NCBI GenBank assembly: GCA_947629275.1
Contig: CANRDG010000001.1
Span: forward strand, 1 to 38,730
Direction: 5' to 3'
Source of the DNA: an uncultured Clostridia bacterium
GTDB taxonomy: Bacteria; Bacillota; Clostridia; Oscillospirales; Ruminococcaceae
Length of the DNA stretch: 38,730 nt
In this document: positions 15,779 to 22,186 of the stretch, piece after piece
How positions within the stretch are numbered: the first letter of the stretch is position 1
Layout: each line of letters opens with the position of its first letter
Program-made: the position numbers and the translations under genes
Notes under the pieces: generated by a model
What the model saw: only the letters and a program-made list of their open reading frames with translations
Told to the model about the DNA's origin: nothing
Databases searched by the model: none

Positions 15779-17273
15779 CACTATTCAACTCATTTGTAAG
15801 CATTTCTATAATCTTAGTCAATTCTTCATCAGAAATATCTGAAATATCTGTTGTATCTCCGAAACTGTTTTCCTCTGACTCATTGCCTTGACTATAAAGC
15901 ATCTTATTGAGCGTTTCCACGCTGTCTCTGTAGACCTGCTCCGGATCTGAGAACAAGCCACAGTTACTAATAGCGATCCTCGGGTGTATGCCTGCTTTAA
16001 GCATATTAAGCAGCCCCTCAGTCTTGACAAGCATGTTGTCTGTTTTGTTTCGTGTGAACTTTATCTCGACCTCATGCACTTTGAGATTTTTAACAGCTTC
16101 CGGAGCATTTATCTTGTTATTGCAGATATTTAATACCGCTTTAACAAACTCTATTTCGGACGGCGTAAATATACGCTCAAAGCTGCGCGCAGCACTTTCT
16201 GCCATTATCCAGCCCTCGCCGATAATAAGCGCCTGCCCTGTGTTGCCTCCAGCCGAGGCTCTTCTGTCGGGCACACACGCTATTCTCAGCATAGTCTGAT
16301 ACATATCCTCTTTCAATGCAAGGCAAGGTGTTTGGTCAAGTTCTGTCTTTATATTTTTTATTCCTGCCTGCATTCCCGGCGTTGACTTCGTCATAATTAT
16401 GCCAAGCCTTTTTAGCTGGTCGTATGTTTCCTGCGTTATCTCGCAGTTATTGAACCATGTAAAAGACTGTATATCCTGCTCTAAACCATCTACACAATTT
16501 GACGTTATGGTATTGAGCGCATCACAAAGACTTATGACATTCTCATAAGATCCTGTTCTGTGCGGATCGTTAATGTACTCTATAACAGGGATACAACCGA
16601 GCATATGTTCAGTTGCTTGGTCTATTTTAAATTCATTGTTCTTGCAGCTGATCTTATAAAACATATCATCTGTGTAGCAATTATAAACGTTGTATTCAAT
16701 ATCATGTTCATCAACTTCACAAGTGATTATAACGCCCATGATCTTCTTTTTGGTATAGTTTCTGCGTTTTATAACAAATACATCTCGTGGATCTGGGATA
16801 TATGTTTCAAACGGCACATCATTACCCTTTTCAGTCGGAAAGACCAATCTGTATGCTATTCCGCACTCGTTGAGCCACTCGGCTAGTTCGATATCTTTTA
16901 CAGATTTTCCGTCAAGCCTCATAAGCTCATTAAGAGCTGCTACACCGCCATTTTCATTTTCATACACACTGTCAGTGCTGTCAATTTCGCAATTACCGCG
17001 AACAATATACTGCACAGGCTCACCGAATACAAAACCAACTTTAAAATTCGTGATCTCAAGCGCATGGTTTTCTTCGATCTTGTTATTTATCTCCGGGCGT
17101 ACAGTTTTTGTCCGCTTTGAGATAGGCGTATCATTTTCAATATAATCATGCAGATAAGTTATCTCTGCCACATTTTTTTGGTGTATATTTAAAGCACCTT
17201 GCAAAATAGATATGATATTATTTGCAGAGATCTCTGCGGTAGTAAATATTTCGCGCCTGCCGTGCAGTTCCAT
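15762..17273 (-). CDS. Portal protein (SPP1 gp6-like)
   Basis: Start re-set to MELHGRREIF with SD GGGGGAAG. About 503 aa, followed by the Mu F-like gene. The extended ORF-track start would run into a terminator hairpin. Confidence 0.85.
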   Translation of the reverse strand: MELHGRREIFTTAEISANNIISILQGALNIHQKNVAEITYLHDYIENDTPISKRTKTVRPEINNKIEENHALEITNFKVGFVFGEPVQYIVRGNCEIDSTDSVYENENGGVAALNELMRLDGKSVKDIELAEWLNECGIAYRLVFPTEKGNDVPFETYIPDPRDVFVIKRRNYTKKKIMGVIITCEVDEHDIEYNVYNCYTDDMFYKISCKNNEFKIDQATEHMLGCIPVIEYINDPHRTGSYENVISLCDALNTITSNCVDGLEQDIQSFTWFNNCEITQETYDQLKRLGIIMTKSTPGMQAGIKNIKTELDQTPCLALKEDMYQTMLRIACVPDRRASAGGNTGQALIIGEGWIMAESAARSFERIFTPSEIEFVKAVLNICNNKINAPEAVKNLKVHEVEIKFTRNKTDNMLVKTEGLLNMLKAGIHPRIAISNCGLFSDPEQVYRDSVETLNKMLYSQGNESEENSFGDTTDISDISDEELTKIIEMLTNELNSDANKQ

Positions 17274-17293
17274 ATTCTTCCCCCTGTTCTTGT

Positions 17294-17340
17294 AAAATAA
17301 AATGCCGTCTTTACCGATAACTTGGATCGGTAAGGACGGC
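17294..17340 (-). terminator. Strong intrinsic terminator immediately upstream of the portal RBS
   Basis: 15-bp stem with 14/15 paired (17304..17318 against 17326..17340) and a 7-nt loop. On the minus strand it is followed by ATTTTATTTT. Confidence 0.7.
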
Positions 17341-17448
17341 ACACATGGAACTTTCGTTCAGGCACTTTAGTTATATGATCTGCACAATAATGCAGTTGAT
17401 TTTCGCTTGCCGCTGTGTGGTGCGGCAAGGTATTAGGAGAGTAAACAT

Positions 17449-17619
17449 TTATGGCAAATCTCTTTTCAAAGATTTACAGGTATTATTAAGCATTACCGAA
17501 ACGTTTTTTCGACACAGCTTGCAGTAAGGATATATCAGCCCTTTGGCGTTTTTATCAACCAAGAGCAGCCATTTTCCACAATGTGGGCAGTATATCTTGA
17601 CTTTTGTATCTTCATTCAT
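17449..17619 (-). CDS. Small Cys4 zinc-ribbon protein, Com-like (56 aa)
   Basis: My own translation: MNEDTKVKIYCPHCGKWLLLVDKNAKGLIYPYCKLCRKNVSVMLNNTCKSLKRDLP. The CxxC-x18-CxxC layout resembles Mu Com-family proteins. Below the ORF-track size cutoff. Weak SD (GGGG). Confidence 0.5.
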   Translation of the reverse strand: MNEDTKVKIYCPHCGKWLLLVDKNAKGLIYPYCKLCRKNVSVMLNNTCKSLKRDLP

Positions 17620-17745
17620 TTAAGCAGCCCCATAAAAACATAAGAACATATATTCCTCTAATTTAATTCTAACACCGCGACCGGTGTAAAAACAAGACTA
17701 TTCTGTGTAAAAATTTTTATTAAAAATTTGTGCATGTTGAACAAA

Positions 17746-19395
17746 TTACCAAAAGCGCTGAATGATCTTTACACTCGCCGTACCGTTGAAGATATAGTCA
17801 CAAAGCTGTGCCAGACTATCAGGCGCATCATCATGCTGTTTCTTACTGTTTTGATTGTAGGAAAGCAACTGTGCGATAAATTCATCATATTCTTCGCCGC
17901 GGTTTTTATCATTCCGAAAATAGAATTTCATAATATCGGTAGAATATTGTATTATTCTTGACTGCTTGCTTTGAGTTGTAGGCGCACGCTTAGATGTGAT
18001 CCTGATGTGTATACCGAGTTCACGCAAACGGCGGTCAATATCATCAGCATATTCTGTACCGCCGTTGTTGGCTTCAAAGTTTTCGCTGTCCGGCTTATAT
18101 CGCTGAGTTTTGGCAATTATTTGCGGTTGAGTATATGTCTTATCTTTTTGACTAAATACTACGTCGTGAATATATACAGAATTATCGTCGTACACATATG
18201 CAAAAATCATTGAAAGATAATCTCCGCCGCCCCACGCTACATCACACTGCGCTACCTTGCGCGCAGGCTCACAGCTCGGAAGTTCACCGTCATACCAGTT
18301 CATATCACTTTCGTGGAATAGCAATCCCTTTCTTTCGATCGGCTGCTGTAAATACATACAACTAAACGTTAATTCGTCAATATTACTTTTGATCTCTTCG
18401 ATCTTTTTCTTTGTATAGCGGTCGGGGTGGTCGTATTCAAAATTGCTGTGGTGATGTTTATCCCAAACAGGAATTCTTATAAATTCATAGCTGTCGTCAT
18501 TTTCATGTTCTTTTCTCATGCGCGTTAAAGGATCGTGCACCGACCATATTGTGCCAAGCATGATCTGTTTGATATTGTCGCCGATACATCTTGTCGTTAC
18601 TGTGCTGGTATAATCTTCGTACAGAGTATCAAGGCGTTGTTTGTTCCTTGCTACTTCTGCATTTTTTACAAGGTCATCTGTGATAAGAAATTTATTAGCC
18701 CTCGTTCTGCCCGTGATAGATCCGCCCAAGGAAGTTATACCGAGCGTGGGAAAATCGCCCTTTTTTCTGTATGACAAAGTAGCATATTCGGCTGATACAG
18801 TCGGCATACCGTTGGCAAATATATCATTATGGGCGTATTCCGTTGTATCTGTCAGAATTGAACGCAGGCTGTCATACATCATCTTCACCATGCCGTCAGA
18901 ATAAGATATATACATATTTGCCGATTGAGGATATTTTCCTGCAATATAGGCAAGTAAAAACTTAATAAGCGTTGTCTTACCCGTGCCCGGCGGCAGCGAG
19001 ATGCCAATAAAGCTTTTATTCGGATCGTCAATAAACTTCTGTATGCGAGAGATAAGTCCGTGTTTACCTTCCAACACACTGCGGCGCGGCAGCCAGAACT
19101 TTGCCGCAGATGTCCTGTTCCACTCACAAGCGATCATATACATATCAAGGTCATCTGAGGCGGCATACAGTGCAAAATAACGGGCAAGCGTATATGCTGC
19201 CAACGATTTTTGTATATCGTCCGTCGCTGATCTGTTAGTCATACGCATAGCCGCAAAATACCCTGTCTTTGCAGCTTTGATTGAGTATTTGTCTTTATCG
19301 CCGTAAACTTTTAACGTTTCAAGCAGCAGTTTCAAGTTATCGTATTTTTCAAAATCTTTAGATACAGCCAGCTTCAACATTTCGGCATTCGTCAT
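17746..19395 (-). CDS. terL: Terminase large subunit
   Basis: Walker A GISLPPGTGKTT, plus a C-terminal nuclease-like region. Start re-set to MTNAEMLK with SD AAGGAGA. An alternative upstream ATG at 19467 overlaps the recombinase stop as ATGA. Confidence 0.9.
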   Translation of the reverse strand: MTNAEMLKLAVSKDFEKYDNLKLLLETLKVYGDKDKYSIKAAKTGYFAAMRMTNRSATDDIQKSLAAYTLARYFALYAASDDLDMYMIACEWNRTSAAKFWLPRRSVLEGKHGLISRIQKFIDDPNKSFIGISLPPGTGKTTLIKFLLAYIAGKYPQSANMYISYSDGMVKMMYDSLRSILTDTTEYAHNDIFANGMPTVSAEYATLSYRKKGDFPTLGITSLGGSITGRTRANKFLITDDLVKNAEVARNKQRLDTLYEDYTSTVTTRCIGDNIKQIMLGTIWSVHDPLTRMRKEHENDDSYEFIRIPVWDKHHHSNFEYDHPDRYTKKKIEEIKSNIDELTFSCMYLQQPIERKGLLFHESDMNWYDGELPSCEPARKVAQCDVAWGGGDYLSMIFAYVYDDNSVYIHDVVFSQKDKTYTQPQIIAKTQRYKPDSENFEANNGGTEYADDIDRRLRELGIHIRITSKRAPTTQSKQSRIIQYSTDIMKFYFRNDKNRGEEYDEFIAQLLSYNQNSKKQHDDAPDSLAQLCDYIFNGTASVKIIQRFW

Positions 19396-19411
19396 AATTT
19401 CATCTCCTTGA

Positions 19412-19445
19412 CAATAAAAGTGCCCCGAATTTTCGTCCGAGGCAC
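19412..19445 (-). terminator. Intrinsic terminator after the serine recombinase gene, just upstream of the terL RBS
   Basis: On the minus strand: GUGCCUCGGA, a 7-nt loop, UCGGGGCAC, then TTTTATTG. The stem is about 9 bp including G-U pairs. Confidence 0.55.
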
Positions 19446-19463
19446 TTGGCACTGTGTTCATAG

Positions 19464-20216
19464 TCATTTCAGTATAGGCTCATGCTGACCTTTTACCCAG
19501 TCAGCGCCGCCGTATTTGTAAAATCCCCTATAAGTTTTTTCGTTTTCGATAATGCTCTTTATATTGCTTGCATAAAACTGACCGCCTTTTCGCGTGTGAA
19601 AGCCCATGTCGTTTAATTTATTCGCCGTCTGCAAAAGCCCTACACCCTGTGCATGCATTTCAAATATCTTTCTGACTATCTCTGCTTCGCTGTCTTTTAT
19701 AGTCATCACACCGTTTGTAACTTCATATCCATATGGCACTCTGCCGCCGCTGTAGCCGCCCTTGCTTGCTTTTATCTTTCTTCCGCCTGAAGTTCTTTTC
19801 TGAATGTTCACTCTCTCCTGTTCGGCGACAAAAAGTGTGAACGACTTTAGTATTCCCGAAAATGCACCGAAGTCTCCAAAGTTCTCTACAACGCTTATCA
19901 GTTGGACATTTTTCTTGCTGAGAAGCATTTCATAGTAAAAGTATAATTTGATCTCACGGGCAATTCTGTCGCTCTTCGCTACAACGACAGCTTCATACGG
20001 TGGGTTCTTGAATTCGTCGTCATACAGTATCTTGTCAAGAGCAGGTCTGTTATCGCAAACACCGCTTATACCCTCGTCAATGTACCAATCAAGAATATTC
20101 AGGTCGTTCTTTCTGCAATAGTCTTCGATCTGTTCACGCTGCGCATCAAGTCCAAATTTATCTTCACCTGTTTGTCCTGCGGTGCTTACCCGGCAGTAAG
20201 CTATTATGTTTTTCAT
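19464..20216 (-). CDS. Serine recombinase: resolvase catalytic domain plus the 'recombinase' domain, with no zinc-ribbon/coiled-coil domain (250 aa)
   Basis: Start MKNIIAYCRVSTAGQ with SD AAGGAGA. Catalytic motifs YCRVSTAGQ, DEGISG, SDRIAREI and VAEQER are present. The second domain, GGRVPYGYEV...VRKIF...GQHEPILK, ends where large serine integrases continue into the Zn-ribbon. Confidence 0.8.
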   Translation of the reverse strand: MKNIIAYCRVSTAGQTGEDKFGLDAQREQIEDYCRKNDLNILDWYIDEGISGVCDNRPALDKILYDDEFKNPPYEAVVVAKSDRIAREIKLYFYYEMLLSKKNVQLISVVENFGDFGAFSGILKSFTLFVAEQERVNIQKRTSGGRKIKASKGGYSGGRVPYGYEVTNGVMTIKDSEAEIVRKIFEMHAQGVGLLQTANKLNDMGFHTRKGGQFYASNIKSIIENEKTYRGFYKYGGADWVKGQHEPILK

Positions 20217-20241
20217 AAATGTCACTCTCCTTTACAATTAC

Positions 20242-20270
20242 ATTATACTCTAAATAAATGTAAAAGTCAA
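20242..20270 (-). promoter_or_regulatory. Near-consensus sigma-70-type promoter of the recombinase gene
   Basis: On the minus strand: TTGACT (20270..20265), a 17-nt spacer, then TATAAT (20247..20242). It lies 26 nt upstream of the ATG. Confidence 0.6.
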
Positions 20271-20538
20271 CCCCTTTTTTTATATTTTTTCTGTTCACAG
20301 GGTTGAGGAGTAGACGTGGGGACCTCTCAAAAGACCCCCGGGGGGGGTAGCTGTAGAAAGCTTGAATACGCGCTTTTACAGTGCATAGAACAAATTGTAC
20401 ACTTTTCATATAAATTGAGACGACATTTTATGCAAATGTACTATTTTACACTTAATCATAATTAAAATACTAATTTATTACACTTAATTAAAATTAAAAA
20501 TAAATGTAAATTTGCAGAGTAAAGAAAAAAGCTGTGTT

Positions 20539-21150
20539 CTAATCAGTATCATCATGCCGCTCTGCGTTCAATGCCTGCTCACTCTCTTGCAGTAAGCGCT
20601 TCTGTATATCGCTTATATCACCCGATCCGTCGAGCATATCTATCTGCCTTACTATTTCTTCGTCCGGTGTGTCTTTCAAGCCGTAATAATTCTTGGCGCG
20701 AAAAATATAAGCTACGACATTAAGCTTGCCTGCCATGACCATTTTGGCATCGAAAATCTTCAAAAAATCTTTGGCTTTTTTAATAATTTGCGACGTATTG
20801 GGGCTGAACCCTTTTGACCTTCCCTTTTCCCAGTCGATAACAGTCGAATGAGAATAGCCTGTATAAGTGACCATTTCTTCAACACAAGGCGTAATTCCCT
20901 TTTCGGCACACCTGCAAAAATAGCTGTCAAGACGTTCTACAAGTTCCTCGTCGCTCTTTACGCGAGGCATCTTGTAAGCCTCATATGCTTCACGCAGTAT
21001 CTTTTGAAGAAGCGCCTTATCCTCGTCTGTTTCAAATACGCCATCGTAAGAAGTGCTAAAGTTATTGCGACCACCTCTGCCATACAGCGGTCGCTCTTTA
21101 TCAGTAACTATTTCAGCATTTACTTTAAGAACATCATCTTTCTTTTTCAA
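20539..21150 (-). CDS. terS: Terminase small subunit (P22 gp3-like packaging protein)
   Basis: TTG start with SD AAAGGAGA 6 nt upstream. A central HTH-like GITPCVEEMVTYTGYSHSTVIDWEKG and the segment AKDFLKIFDAKMVMAGKLNVVAYIFRAKNYYGLKD match the gp3-type terS pattern. Confidence 0.75.
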   Translation of the reverse strand: MKKKDDVLKVNAEIVTDKERPLYGRGGRNNFSTSYDGVFETDEDKALLQKILREAYEAYKMPRVKSDEELVERLDSYFCRCAEKGITPCVEEMVTYTGYSHSTVIDWEKGRSKGFSPNTSQIIKKAKDFLKIFDAKMVMAGKLNVVAYIFRAKNYYGLKDTPDEEIVRQIDMLDGSGDISDIQKRLLQESEQALNAERHDDTD

Positions 21151-21152
21151 AG

Positions 21153-21371
21153 CTATTCTCCTTTCTCGGCAGGCGATATATCGTCAAGTGAGCATATATA
21201 AGCGGTCTTGCCGTCGCTGCGCATCTCGGTAACTTCCGCCTGATAATAAAAGCCGCTGTCATTTCTCCTTATCGTCGCTCCCGTCAATATGTACACGCCG
21301 TTTATGTGTAGTCTATCGTTTCTGAACACCACACGTTTGTTCAGGTAGTGCTTTATTTCTTTTTCTGTCAT
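21153..21371 (-). CDS. Hypothetical small protein (72 aa)
   Basis: ORF whose start overlaps the RusA stop. It lies upstream of terS, a slot often used by late regulators. No motif recognised. Confidence 0.5.
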   Translation of the reverse strand: MTEKEIKHYLNKRVVFRNDRLHINGVYILTGATIRRNDSGFYYQAEVTEMRSDGKTAYICSLDDISPAEKGE

Positions 21372-21823
21372 ATGTCTAACCTCTGTATAGCTACAAATAT
21401 TCCCGGCGTGTCAGACCAAAACTTCTCGACGATCTCAGAAGCGACAATAGCATCATCGCTGAAAAAGCCGACCTCGGTCAGGCAGTCTTTGAAAAGCTTT
21501 TGAAGATTATCAGTGTCGGGTCGTGTAATCTTATAGTCGCCGTCGTTATGCTTGTTGGTGCGATCAAGCGGAAACAGCCACTTGACCATAAGCCGAACAG
21601 GCACATTGGCAAACATGGGCTTTTCTATTCCACATTGCTTTTCATATGCGTTAAACTTATGACCTAGATGTGCTAAGAACTTATCATGTGCAGATTTTAA
21701 TTCAGGCGTTTCGTAGAAAATCATCTTGCCGCTTTTACTTTGAGTAACCCTGCTTTGCTGCTTAGTGATCCGCGGCGGTATCATCGGCAGGAAAAATCTA
21801 ACATCATCATTTTTGTTTGGCAT
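21368..21823 (-). CDS. rusA: RusA-family Holliday junction resolvase
   Basis: Start re-set to MPNKNDD with SD AAGGAG. The motifs PRITKQQ...RPDTDNLQKLFKDCL...DDAIV match the RusA endodeoxyribonuclease pattern. Confidence 0.75.
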   Translation of the reverse strand: MPNKNDDVRFFLPMIPPRITKQQSRVTQSKSGKMIFYETPELKSAHDKFLAHLGHKFNAYEKQCGIEKPMFANVPVRLMVKWLFPLDRTNKHNDGDYKITRPDTDNLQKLFKDCLTEVGFFSDDAIVASEIVEKFWSDTPGIFVAIQRLDI

Positions 21824-21877
21824 ATTTTTACAACTCCTTTTCTTTGTGTTTTGGGGTCTGCGAATATTTCTATTCAT

Positions 21878-21909
21878 ATTTTATGGGGTTGTTTAATACC
21901 CCATAAAAT
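21878..21909. other. Perfect 12-bp-stem hairpin flanking the iteron array
   Basis: ATTTTATGGGGT (21878..21889), an 8-nt loop, then ACCCCATAAAAT (21898..21909). No clear U-tract in the gene direction. Confidence 0.5.
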
Positions 21910-21937
21910 AATATGAAATATTATTTAGGTTTTTTCC

Positions 21938-22161
21938 GGGAGAAAATATCGATTAAGTTATCGATATTTTCTTCCAAAATTGCTCGGAAGAAAAAATTAT
22001 TTTATCGATTTCTTCTTCCACGAGAAAGAAAATATCGATTAAATTTTCTTTTCTTCTCGGAAGAAGAAATCGAAGTTAATCGAAATTTTCTTCCAAGACG
22101 TTTCTATTTTCAACATTATTCCCTGGAAGAAAAAATCGGACTTAATCGATATTTTCTTTCC
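21938..22161. repeat. Array of five imperfect palindromic ~34-38-bp units (iteron-like; candidate replication origin or multi-operator)
   Basis: Units lie at 21938..21975, 21986..22019, 22022..22058, 22059..22094 and 22125..22161. All have the form GGAAGAAAA-ATCGA-TTAA-TCGA-TTTTCTTCC. Units 4 and 5 plus their right flanks form a ~66-bp direct repeat. Confidence 0.85.
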
Positions 22162-22186
22162 AAGATGTTTCTGTATTCAACAATAT

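Noticed and set aside
15762-19467. Longer ORF-track starts for portal (17342) and terL (19467); likewise TMP (9724), RusA (21877), integrase (35363), lipoprotein (34340) and lysA (36855)
   Set aside because: Each extended start lacks an SD. In several cases it reads through a hairpin or terminator, or through the preceding gene. An internal start with a strong SD, and with an N-terminus matching the family or a signal peptide, was preferred. The terL 19467 alternative is kept open in the findings.
20164-20409. 81-aa minus-strand ORF spanning the recombinase start and promoter
   Set aside because: It overlaps the recombinase 5' end out of frame and runs through the promoter and the C5G8 tract. 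No SD. Low-complexity sequence.
21938-22161. Possible mini-CRISPR array
   Set aside because: The repeats are imperfect and each is internally palindromic. 'Spacers' are 0-30 bp and partly conserved, nothing like 30-40-bp unique spacers. There are no cas genes or leader.
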